From: a virus
Taxonomy: Duplodnaviria > Caudoviricetes
Reading direction: 5' to 3' (one strand)
DNA length: 38,147 bases
Virus record (IMG/VR): IMGVR_UViG_3300032225_000852
Span: 1 to 38,147 of that record
Of the stretch, positions 15,751 to 24,165 are shown piece by piece. The notes under the pieces are model-generated. The model was not told the origin of the DNA. It was given only the letters and a program-made list of their open reading frames with translations, and made no database searches. The position numbers and the translations under genes are program-made. How positions within the stretch are numbered: position 1 is the first letter of the stretch; each line of letters begins with the position of its first letter.

Positions 15751-17958
15751 TTAACCTTTCGTCTGCTTGATGTAGTCAAGGGGAGACTTCGCCTTAGGGG
15801 GTATTTTACTTGTGGGTGCTGATCTTTTGTGTGCGCGCAACTTCTCACGCAGACCATCAAGAATTTTTGCACCCGCCTTGTTGTCGCCACCACCAATGGC
15901 CGACACAAAACCTGCTGGGAACACGTATTCGCCGTCTGCAATTTTGGCTGGTACGGGCTGACCTTTTGCAGTTTCTCTGTGAGGTATTTGGTTGCGAAAT
16001 CCATCAAGAACTTCACGGCCAGCCTTGCTAGAACCGTCACCTAAAGCCGCCACCACGTCAGCGTCCATTACATAATCGCCATCATGAAGCATTGCCGGGA
16101 TGTCGTCAGACTGACCCGTGCCACCGCCGCAAGCGTAGTACCCGGTCATGCCCGTCACAAACTCTGGGTTGTGATTGTCAGGCATTGCATCGTGGTACTT
16201 CTTGGGCAAGCCACCAGCGGCCAAGCCACCCATGTTGCCCATGTTGGAGATGCGTTGTGCCAACTGAGTCAATTGCTTGTGCGCAACAGGCTGGCGCTTG
16301 CTTGATGCAGAGTTAACTAAAAAATCAGGGCCGTCTGCAATAAATTTGGGCATGTACTGTGGGTCTTGGTTGTAGCAGTACGAAAGAGAGCAACTTGCCG
16401 CACAGCTTGATGCTTCATTTTTGCCGCCACTTGCGAAACTGCCACCATGAGCAAGGCCGCCTGTGTTTTCACCAAAAGGCATCAAGTTGATTTGAGGCAC
16501 GCCACCATATCGGTTTTGCATCTCTTTGGCCAACTCTGGGTGCATGCTGGCATATATGTCTTGCAATTTAGATTGGTCAGCTTTAGCCTGAGTAGGCTTG
16601 TCAAAAGCAATTTGATTTTTTAACAATGAATCCCGTGTATCAAGCCACGGAATGGCACCACATCCAAGACTACCAAGCGTTCCAGCAGTTTGCACTGACT
16701 TTACTTTTGGAATTTTGACTTTTGGAATTTTGACTTTTGGAATGGTGACTTTTGGAATGGTGACTTTTGTATCTTTGTCACAGCAATCGCAACAGCAATC
16801 TATGCAACACGGATCTTTCTTGCCAGTAACTGTGACTGTTGGAAGTGTTGTAACTGTTGGCGTATTAGTGCAAGTGATGCAACATGCTTCTTTTTTTCCA
16901 GTAACTGTGACTGTTGGAAGTGTTGTAACTGTTGGCGTATTAGTGCAAGTGATGCAACATGCTTCTTTTTTTCCAGTAACCGTGACCGTTGGAAGTGTTG
17001 TAACTGTTGGCGTATTAGTGCAAGTGATGCAACATGCTTCTTTTTTTCCAGTAACCGTGACCGTTGGAAGTGTTGGATTTGTAATTGTTTCGTTTGTGCA
17101 TGTTGGCAGGCCACCAGTCACATTTGTATTTGGTGTGCAAACTAAGTCTGTGCATTTTTCTAATTTGCCTGTGACATTGACCGTATCCAGAGCGCCTGTG
17201 CCTGCTGTAGCACCGGTGTCTGTTGTTGCGGCCGATCCAGTTGGAGTAAGGCTACGTGTCAAGTTATCAACACTACAGGCGTCTTTGTTTGCATTGCCAG
17301 TAACGGTTACTGTGCAATCTTGATTTTTGCCAACTTGAGTGTTGTTGTTTGTGATTGTTGGCAAACCGCCCAACTGCGTAGTTGATGCACAGCCTTTGGC
17401 ACAGTCGTCTGAAGCCGCGCTGGTGCTTACAGGCAAACCAGTATTTGAACTGTTTGAAAGGCACTTATACAACGAGTTGGCACCACTGTTGACCAAGTTG
17501 TTGGCAATTGAGCCAACAGCACCACACAAAGGGTTTTGTCCTTTAAGAACTGATGCCGCCGCGCCTTTGGCACCTGAGGTCAATATGTCGCTTGCGGTGC
17601 AACTCAAATCAAGAGTGTTTGACAGTTCATTACCAATACCAACGCCAATCTCAGCGCCAACCATGTTCAGGCCAGTGTTGAGCAACGCCTTCTCAAGTGA
17701 GGCACCATTAGCCAAGTTGTAGCCAAAGTTAAATGCAGGCACTAATTCAGGGGCAACAATTGCCACGCCGATTTTGGCTATTGTTCCAAGCGGGTCATCC
17801 AGCGCCGCCTGAATTGTTTTTCCCACTGCTTTGACAACAGGTTGAACAACTTCAGTGACAACCGTTTCTACGATTTTTCCAGCGCCCTCAATGACGGCAC
17901 CGACGGCGTCGCCAACTGCTTCAAAAAAACCACCAACTGCGTCTGCTACTGCTCCCAT
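15751..17958 (-). CDS. Cys/Thr-rich putative internal virion/ejection protein
   Basis: MG start with amphipathic helices; tandem repeats; C-terminal GTGQSDDIPAML.DG.YV module. Confidence 0.7.
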   Translation of the reverse strand: MGAVADAVGGFFEAVGDAVGAVIEGAGKIVETVVTEVVQPVVKAVGKTIQAALDDPLGTIAKIGVAIVAPELVPAFNFGYNLANGASLEKALLNTGLNMVGAEIGVGIGNELSNTLDLSCTASDILTSGAKGAAASVLKGQNPLCGAVGSIANNLVNSGANSLYKCLSNSSNTGLPVSTSAASDDCAKGCASTTQLGGLPTITNNNTQVGKNQDCTVTVTGNANKDACSVDNLTRSLTPTGSAATTDTGATAGTGALDTVNVTGKLEKCTDLVCTPNTNVTGGLPTCTNETITNPTLPTVTVTGKKEACCITCTNTPTVTTLPTVTVTGKKEACCITCTNTPTVTTLPTVTVTGKKEACCITCTNTPTVTTLPTVTVTGKKDPCCIDCCCDCCDKDTKVTIPKVTIPKVKIPKVKIPKVKSVQTAGTLGSLGCGAIPWLDTRDSLLKNQIAFDKPTQAKADQSKLQDIYASMHPELAKEMQNRYGGVPQINLMPFGENTGGLAHGGSFASGGKNEASSCAASCSLSYCYNQDPQYMPKFIADGPDFLVNSASSKRQPVAHKQLTQLAQRISNMGNMGGLAAGGLPKKYHDAMPDNHNPEFVTGMTGYYACGGGTGQSDDIPAMLHDGDYVMDADVVAALGDGSSKAGREVLDGFRNQIPHRETAKGQPVPAKIADGEYVFPAGFVSAIGGGDNKAGAKILDGLREKLRAHKRSAPTSKIPPKAKSPLDYIKQTKG
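16700..16768. repeat. 15-bp coding tandem repeat (~4.5 copies; KV[TK]IP)
   Basis: acttttggaat(ttt/ggt)g units. Confidence 0.9.
16823..17075. repeat. 75-bp coding tandem repeat (~3.4 copies; LPTVTVTGKKEACCITCTNTPTVTT)
   Basis: cgtattagtg recurs at 16861, 16936 and 17011. Confidence 0.95.
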
Positions 17959-17959
17959 A

Positions 17960-18394
17960 TTAGGCTCCCAAATTCAAAGCAACACGAGTTTTTTGGCCAT
18001 CCTTGGCTCGAAACACTTGATAACCCATGCCGGGCATCGGAGGGTTCATCGCAATCAGTTTGAACAAACGATCAAGTGATGGGTCGGTATATTCTGTGAC
18101 CAAAATTTTGAGACCGAGTACGCGCTTGGCCCACACGCAAAACAGTTTGCTGTTATCTACAAAGTTGGGGCCTGTGTCGGCATTGAATGCTTTAAAAAAA
18201 CCTTGGCTATTTTTTCCGGTATGCACTTCAAACAAGGTGTTTCCAAACTGTTTGACCTTGGCGGTAGGTTGGCTCAATTCGTCCAAGATGGCAGGCATCA
18301 TCACCTCAGGAGGGTAAGGCTGTTTGGTGCTTTCCAGAAAAATGCCAATAATTTGGCCTGAATCCAGCTTTTGCTTTTTTGAATCTATTAGCAT
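17960..18394 (-). CDS. hypothetical alpha/beta protein, possibly a GNAT-like acyltransferase
   Basis: The ORF is well supported (1-nt gaps to both neighbours); function is inferred only from size and position. Confidence 0.5.
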   Translation of the reverse strand: MLIDSKKQKLDSGQIIGIFLESTKQPYPPEVMMPAILDELSQPTAKVKQFGNTLFEVHTGKNSQGFFKAFNADTGPNFVDNSKLFCVWAKRVLGLKILVTEYTDPSLDRLFKLIAMNPPMPGMGYQVFRAKDGQKTRVALNLGA

Positions 18395-18395
18395 G

Positions 18396-19511
18396 TCATA
18401 ACTCCGTTGTCATTACTGCGGCTGAATAAACGTTACCCATACCAGCCGCCAATGACAAAATGGCCCCTTTCGGAGCCTCAATGTCGTGCGACAAGAACAC
18501 GTCGTCTTCTTGCGTTCTGTTTGGAATGCTCGGCACAAACCCGTTGGTCATATTGTCGATCAACATGCATGTTTCAAGCAAGCCGCTTACACCCATGGTG
18601 TGCCCAATTACTTGCTTGTACGAGGTGGCCACAAAGTCCGAGAAAGTCGATTCAATCGCCGCTCTCTCAGCCCGGTTGTTGGATTTGGTGCCCGTGCCAT
18701 GGGTTTTGATCACCGAAATGCATGCCGGGGTCAATTCAGCCATCTTCAGCGCGCCCTTTGAGGCCTTCACAAAGCCTTCGCCGTCATCAGTCTGGCCGAT
18801 GGCATTGGCGCAATTCTCTGAGGCCGTGTAGGCCCCTAAAAGACGGCCCTTGGGGGTAATTCCACGGCGCTTAACCGTAGCTTCGTCTTCAAACACCGCC
18901 AAGCAGGCCCCCTGACCCACGTGGAACCCGCCGTTTACGCTGTCGAAGGCCGAGGGTAGGACACCCTCTTTTTCGTCCTTCCAAGCCAGCGAGGCCTGTG
19001 CTTCACCAAAAAAGTTGAGGGTCAAGTTGCAAACTTGGTCTTCTACAGCCAACACGATCACCCGGTTAAAACCATAAAAGCGCATCAGGGTTTGTACGTC
19101 CATGAGCACTTTCATGCTTGAGGCGCAGGCCGTGGAGTCAGTCACGATGTGGTCTGCCGCCCCAAAGACCTGAGCGGTACGGCCGGCATAGACCTGAGTC
19201 AGCGTCAGTGGCAGGAACTTGTATTCGTAGGTCAGGCTGTTGGGCTCTTGCTTGACGGCGTTAATGCCAGCGAAGTGGCCATTGCCACCGGCCAGAATGA
19301 ATGCCGTCTTGGCTTCGGTGTCTTCACGCAAGGTCTTGGCCAACTCCTGATCGATCACCTTGTCGGCAACCCGGTGCGGAGGGTAGAACAGGCCAGTCTT
19401 GACCTTTTCATAGGATTCTGGGAACCAGTTCACCACCTGAGGGAAGCGGATGTCTTCCAAGAGTTTGGTGGTGGTGGATGATGCAAGTCGATAGTCGCTG
19501 AGATAAATCAT
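18396..19511 (-). CDS. beta-ketoacyl-ACP synthase-like protein (FabF/FabB family, divergent)
   Basis: Cys-His-His triad in STACASS, KTHGTGT and YKQVIGHT; PSAFD...GF..GQGA. Confidence 0.9.
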   Translation of the reverse strand: MIYLSDYRLASSTTTKLLEDIRFPQVVNWFPESYEKVKTGLFYPPHRVADKVIDQELAKTLREDTEAKTAFILAGGNGHFAGINAVKQEPNSLTYEYKFLPLTLTQVYAGRTAQVFGAADHIVTDSTACASSMKVLMDVQTLMRFYGFNRVIVLAVEDQVCNLTLNFFGEAQASLAWKDEKEGVLPSAFDSVNGGFHVGQGACLAVFEDEATVKRRGITPKGRLLGAYTASENCANAIGQTDDGEGFVKASKGALKMAELTPACISVIKTHGTGTKSNNRAERAAIESTFSDFVATSYKQVIGHTMGVSGLLETCMLIDNMTNGFVPSIPNRTQEDDVFLSHDIEAPKGAILSLAAGMGNVYSAAVMTTEL

Positions 19512-19789
19512 TTGATCATCTCCTTGGCTTCCTCGATTGACACTGGGTCACGTGTCTTGTGGATTTCCAAGAAGTCAAACAACTGCTGAGGCGTCTCAGG
19601 GTGAAAGTCCTTCACCAGATCATCGTGGATGTCGTAGATGATTGAAAAATACATCACGATCATCAGGCCATCGAGTGAGTCAATCTCTGTCTCAATGAAC
19701 GGCGTGTCCATTTCCGTCATTGGAGCAAGTCCAAAATGCGCAGGACGTGCCTCACGCGCCACCATGTTCAGTAAATCTAAAAAGTTCAT
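19508..19789 (-). CDS. acyl carrier protein-like (93 aa)
   Basis: Acidic and small, with the IDSLD phosphopantetheinylation motif; start moved to MNFLD at the ATGA overlap. Confidence 0.8.
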   Translation of the reverse strand: MNFLDLLNMVAREARPAHFGLAPMTEMDTPFIETEIDSLDGLMIVMYFSIIYDIHDDLVKDFHPETPQQLFDFLEIHKTRDPVSIEEAKEMIK

Positions 19790-20022
19790 TGTGCCCCCAC
19801 ATTCAAAATGCCGACAGCTTGCTCGGCCCAGTCTTCCCACCTGTGAAATGTCCTCGAATCTGGAAGCCCTGATTGTTCAAGACCACCAAACGTTGAGAAC
19901 CCATCAACCCATTCCTGCCAATGCTCTTGCGGTACAACAGCAAGTTGCCGGGTAGCGAATAACTCGACCATCAGTTTGCAGTACTGATCCCAAGTCATCC
20001 CGCGAGGGTCATAGGCAGTCAT
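19786..20022 (-). CDS. hypothetical Trp-rich protein (78 aa)
   Basis: Overlaps both the nozzle stop and the ACP start; DPR..W / W..W pattern. Confidence 0.75.
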   Translation of the reverse strand: MTAYDPRGMTWDQYCKLMVELFATRQLAVVPQEHWQEWVDGFSTFGGLEQSGLPDSRTFHRWEDWAEQAVGILNVGAQ

Positions 20023-22295
20023 TATGGATTACCTGTGCCACGTACATCGCCAGTGTCTATGCTCAATAGCACCCGGCCCATGAAATAGTCTCCATTTTGG
20101 GTGTTGCTCTTGAAACGCATGCGCATCTCACGATATTGCTCACGCATATCAATCTTCAGCGTGTCTGATGCAAACGTGTAAGGTGACGATTCCTGCGTAG
20201 TGTCTTCGGCGTAGCCCTTGCCCAGCACAATGACTTGCATGTCACCGTTCTGCACAAAGTCAGGTTCAATGCGCTCACAACGTGTCCAAACGTTGTCACC
20301 GGGCTGTTCTACAGAACCCACAAGGCCCATGCGTGAGCCAATGATGTTGGTCTCAAAGAACGAGTCAATTGCGTTCACCTGATTGGTGTACACCTCGTTT
20401 GTTCCGGTCTCGTGTTGCCACAGCGTGTACTTGCCGGCCGTGTTCTGAACGTTTCCTGCCCAAATGGGGCGACGGAACACTTCGGTAAATACACCAGCAG
20501 ATCGGCGAGCGCCCAAGGCTTGGCCAGCGTCGTACCAAACTTTCTCGCGCACGTTGTAGATGATGGCGTCATTGCACTCTTCTGAGTCACCAGAAGGGAA
20601 GAACCACCAGATTTCACCCCAACGAGGCACCTTGCTCACCCAGACCTTTTGGCGCTGGACGTAGTTTAGGTTGTCAAAAAAGAAATTGTTGTTCTGTTTG
20701 TTTTCAACCTCTTGCACAACACCGTTGTACATGAGAAAACGATCAGTGCCTACCCAATAGAAAATGCCGTCGTACTCAATCACGCACTGGCTTGAAAGGA
20801 TCGAAGACTGCTGTGTGATCAGGTCATAGCGCCAGTATAGGGTCTGGTTGCCGACGGTGGTAGGTGCATAGGTGACCCGCACCACAGAATCTAAAGTCCA
20901 GAACAGGCCAGCAGGTGACGTTGTACCGCCCCGAACTGGCAGGCCCTTGACCACCTTGGTGGAAGAGATGTTGTTGCGGTTGGAATCGGCCGATGTCCAG
21001 TTGTTGAAGTCACCAGCCGCGCAGTTCTCGATCAATCCGTTGTTGCCGTAGGCGAACAAGTACGGGAACAACATCACAATGCCGCCAGACACAGAAATGT
21101 TGTTGTCAAAAGTCAGAGTCGAGTAAGCGCCAAACGTAAGCCCGGTTGTTGTGCCTGCCGTGGTGGTGATTGCCGCGCCGCCAGATGTAGCAGACAAAGT
21201 GAATGTGCTTGTTGTGTTGGTGGTGATGACGTAATAAGTTCCAGCGGCGATACCCGTGGCGGTTCCAGTCAATGTGCCTGTCACAACAACTGTTTGGCCA
21301 ACTGCAATGTTGGTTGTTGCCGTGCAAGAAAATTGACCAGCAGTTCCAGTAACCGCAACGCCAGCCAGCAAAGCACTTGGTGTTGATGCTGATGCATTTG
21401 CGCTCAATATGGCAGTCCACACTCCAGAAACTTCTTGTGCGCTAACCACCGTGGTGCCTGAGGGGATGCCAGTGCCCGTAACAGACACACCAGCACCAAT
21501 CCCCACGTTGGTGTTTGGAAAAGTTATTGTGGACGATCCTGAGGTCGTTTTTGCTGTGTCCGTAAACACACCAACAGGACTCAATGTTGTTCCGGTAAAC
21601 GGGCCATACATAGGGCGCGTATTCACCGAAGATGAGATGTTGGCCAAGTTCTGTCCGGGGTGAGCAATCAGGTTGTTCTGGCCATTACCGTAGGCGTCAT
21701 AACCGATGTCGAACTGCCATAGCGTATTGGGGTTTGGGGCATAAGTTGTCAGGTTGTCAATATACCCAACAAAGCCTGATCCGGTGCCGCCAATGCTTGC
21801 CGCAGAGATTGTGACTACCGCATTGTGAACATAATTCACACCGCCACTGGTTACCACCACGCTAAACACTAAGTTGCTGGACACCGTCACAGTGACTACG
21901 CATCCAGTTCCAACGGCTGTAGTAATAGAAACACCAGTGTATGTACCGTTGGTGTATCCAGAACCTTGATTGGTAATGCCAATTGTTGATACAGAGCCGA
22001 CTGGCTCTATGGGTGTTGGGCCAAAACCAACGCCGTTGTCGTTGTCAGTCGTCCATTGCTCGATGCCGTTGTTGTATCCAGAGATCACGTAATTGAGCCC
22101 ATTCTCTGCGCTCATGATCATACCGCGACTTATCCCTGTGGCGTTGAGAAACGCTCCGTTGTATCCAGCAATTTTCCGAGGGCGTCCGTATTGGAAGCGA
22201 ACCCACTTCCCATCCACATAACTCACCGACGCAAAGACTGTCCCGTCCCGCTGTATGCCGGGGCCTACTTGAAGGGTGACAACTTTTGCGGTCAT
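20022..22295 (-). CDS. tail nozzle / head-stabilisation protein (P22 gp10 / tubular B-like) with inserted beta modules
   Basis: Size and position; GIQRDGT..WVRF N-terminus; FYW.G...F..YNG and EIWWFFP propeller-like motifs. Confidence 0.7.
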   Translation of the reverse strand: MTAKVVTLQVGPGIQRDGTVFASVSYVDGKWVRFQYGRPRKIAGYNGAFLNATGISRGMIMSAENGLNYVISGYNNGIEQWTTDNDNGVGFGPTPIEPVGSVSTIGITNQGSGYTNGTYTGVSITTAVGTGCVVTVTVSSNLVFSVVVTSGGVNYVHNAVVTISAASIGGTGSGFVGYIDNLTTYAPNPNTLWQFDIGYDAYGNGQNNLIAHPGQNLANISSSVNTRPMYGPFTGTTLSPVGVFTDTAKTTSGSSTITFPNTNVGIGAGVSVTGTGIPSGTTVVSAQEVSGVWTAILSANASASTPSALLAGVAVTGTAGQFSCTATTNIAVGQTVVVTGTLTGTATGIAAGTYYVITTNTTSTFTLSATSGGAAITTTAGTTTGLTFGAYSTLTFDNNISVSGGIVMLFPYLFAYGNNGLIENCAAGDFNNWTSADSNRNNISSTKVVKGLPVRGGTTSPAGLFWTLDSVVRVTYAPTTVGNQTLYWRYDLITQQSSILSSQCVIEYDGIFYWVGTDRFLMYNGVVQEVENKQNNNFFFDNLNYVQRQKVWVSKVPRWGEIWWFFPSGDSEECNDAIIYNVREKVWYDAGQALGARRSAGVFTEVFRRPIWAGNVQNTAGKYTLWQHETGTNEVYTNQVNAIDSFFETNIIGSRMGLVGSVEQPGDNVWTRCERIEPDFVQNGDMQVIVLGKGYAEDTTQESSPYTFASDTLKIDMREQYREMRMRFKSNTQNGDYFMGRVLLSIDTGDVRGTGNP

Positions 22296-23512
22296 TAGAA
22301 CGCTCCACCGACAATCCCTACAGGAATGCGAAATCCAGTTGAAGCCAACGTGCCTGCGTTGACGCCAGCAACAGCAAAGCCCAATTGGTTCGATGCGGCA
22401 AGGTACAGGCCGGTCGTTGGGCTACCAGTAAATGACAGCGAAGGAGCGGCCGCTGAACCGTTACCCAATGTCAATGCATTGATAAATGAGGAGGTTGAGG
22501 TCTGAGCGTTGTAAACGTTTGTGCCATCACAAATTGCAAGGATTGTTTGATTCTGAGGCAAGCTGACTGTTGTAGCACCACCAACACCAGTGGAAAATGT
22601 CAAACTGAATGCGCCAGTCGTGTTGTTCTGAAACGAATACAACTGCACAGTTGGAGGAAGAATGACCGTGCAATTTGATATTAACGTGCCTTGGTATTCT
22701 TGAATAATGCTGGCCGCCTCAGCAGAGGTCAACGTCACAGTTCCACCAGTCACATTCTTGGTCAACTGAGTAAAAAAGAATGTTGCAGACTGGCCGTATG
22801 CATAGCTGTAAAAAGTTGTGCCGTTGGACACAACAACAAACGACTCAGCAATTTGCAATTGCTTGCTAACTACCCCGTCAATTGTGTTTGCTCCACTTGG
22901 AGCAACGTTCAAGATGCCAGTGCCATCATTTTTGATGATGGCGTACCAACTTGCACCAGCAGATGCCGCAGATGGCAAAGTAACTGTGCCAGCACCACCA
23001 GTCCAAACGTACAAAGACGATTGATCTGCTGGAAGCATTTGGTAGTTTGACGAGAACGTTGTGACTGGTGTCACTGTGTTCAGCGTGGTGCTTACCGCAT
23101 TAAGTCCGTAACCTGCCAGTGTGGCCGCATTGGCTGAAGAAGTGCCTGCACCGAACGTTACCGTGCCCCATGTGCCATTGATGGTAGTGTTGTTGGTGAC
23201 GTAAATATATTGAGCGATGCCTGAAGCAATCGACACAATCGTGGTGCCGCTTGTATTCACCACCGTAAAAGAATTGGCTCCGATGTTGCGAATCAATGCA
23301 CTCTGGCCAGTAGACACAGAAGTGGCTGGAGGCATGTACAACTTCAAACCTGCGTTTGAGGCAGTGACTTCAATAATGTTTGCAACAACACTGTCCGTGT
23401 TGCCATTGATTGGCCACTGAAGGATTGTGTCGGTTGTAATGGTCAGTGCTTCGTAGCCCACTTGCGATGGGCTGATCGTCTGACCTGTGTATGGGTTTAT
23501 ATAACTTGTCAT
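22295..23512 (-). CDS. virion structural protein, fibre-like/tail-associated
   Basis: Thr/Gly/Ser-rich; TLP.A repeats; GSAAAPSLSF...TGLY; ends in GGAF. Confidence 0.7.
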   Translation of the reverse strand: MTSYINPYTGQTISPSQVGYEALTITTDTILQWPINGNTDSVVANIIEVTASNAGLKLYMPPATSVSTGQSALIRNIGANSFTVVNTSGTTIVSIASGIAQYIYVTNNTTINGTWGTVTFGAGTSSANAATLAGYGLNAVSTTLNTVTPVTTFSSNYQMLPADQSSLYVWTGGAGTVTLPSAASAGASWYAIIKNDGTGILNVAPSGANTIDGVVSKQLQIAESFVVVSNGTTFYSYAYGQSATFFFTQLTKNVTGGTVTLTSAEAASIIQEYQGTLISNCTVILPPTVQLYSFQNNTTGAFSLTFSTGVGGATTVSLPQNQTILAICDGTNVYNAQTSTSSFINALTLGNGSAAAPSLSFTGSPTTGLYLAASNQLGFAVAGVNAGTLASTGFRIPVGIVGGAF

Positions 23513-23514
23513 TT

Positions 23515-24153
23515 TTAGGAATCCACGGCAACGGCTTGACGATCACCAACTCGCGCCACATCCTCAGATTTGAGTGATTGGAGTGATTCGGTGTACTTCT
23601 GTTGGAAGATCACACGCTGGTCATTTTTCAAGAACTGCATGGCTTGCAACAGGGTTCCAAACAGCATAGCGTTCGGGGCGTTTTGAGTCAGCCAGTTTGT
23701 TTGGTTGGTAGAACTCAATGGTGCAATGCGCTCGTAGTAGAGAACCTCGAAGGCATAAGCCAAATTAGGTGTTGGGGCAATGTACCAGTGCTCCCAGTCG
23801 GTGTCGGCATAGTACAAAGGCACATCGGTTTGATCGGCATCCGGCCAGTAGTTTTTGAGGTATTCGTACTTGCGCAGATAGACGGGTTGTTTCTTACCTG
23901 CCACGGTCACGCTCATCGATACCGTCTTACGCCAACGTGCTGGTTTTTGCAAAATAGCATTGCTTGCGGTCATGGTTGACTCAACAATTTGCAATTGGCC
24001 AAGGGTTTTGATTTCTTGTGCAATCTCAAACTCAGCCAGCGAAATAAATGTGGGAATCGCGTTGACAACAGCGGTGTCATTTCGCTCCAAGTATTGAAGT
24101 ACTGTGGAGGTCAAACTGTCATACGTCATCACCCATGATGGGATTAGTGTCAT
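23515..24153 (-). CDS. head-tail adaptor (tubular protein A-like)
   Basis: TYDSL..IPTFISLAE; P.YYA; APTP; NWL..NAP..LFG.L. Confidence 0.7.
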   Translation of the reverse strand: MTLIPSWVMTYDSLTSTVLQYLERNDTAVVNAIPTFISLAEFEIAQEIKTLGQLQIVESTMTASNAILQKPARWRKTVSMSVTVAGKKQPVYLRKYEYLKNYWPDADQTDVPLYYADTDWEHWYIAPTPNLAYAFEVLYYERIAPLSSTNQTNWLTQNAPNAMLFGTLLQAMQFLKNDQRVIFQQKYTESLQSLKSEDVARVGDRQAVAVDS

Positions 24154-24165
24154 CGCGTCGTCCCT

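Noticed and set aside
16823-17075. 75-bp repeats as a CRISPR array
   Set aside because: The units are contiguous and in frame, have no unique spacers, and lie inside a coding gene.
13646-17958. Genetic-code reassignment explaining the Cys excess
   Set aside because: The Cys residues use ordinary TGC/TGT codons, catalytic and Zn-binding Cys elsewhere read normally, and genes tile well in the standard code.
18396-19789. Host chromosomal contamination or a complete PKS/FAS cluster
   Set aside because: The genes overlap or abut phage structural genes on both sides, and no other pathway enzymes are present.
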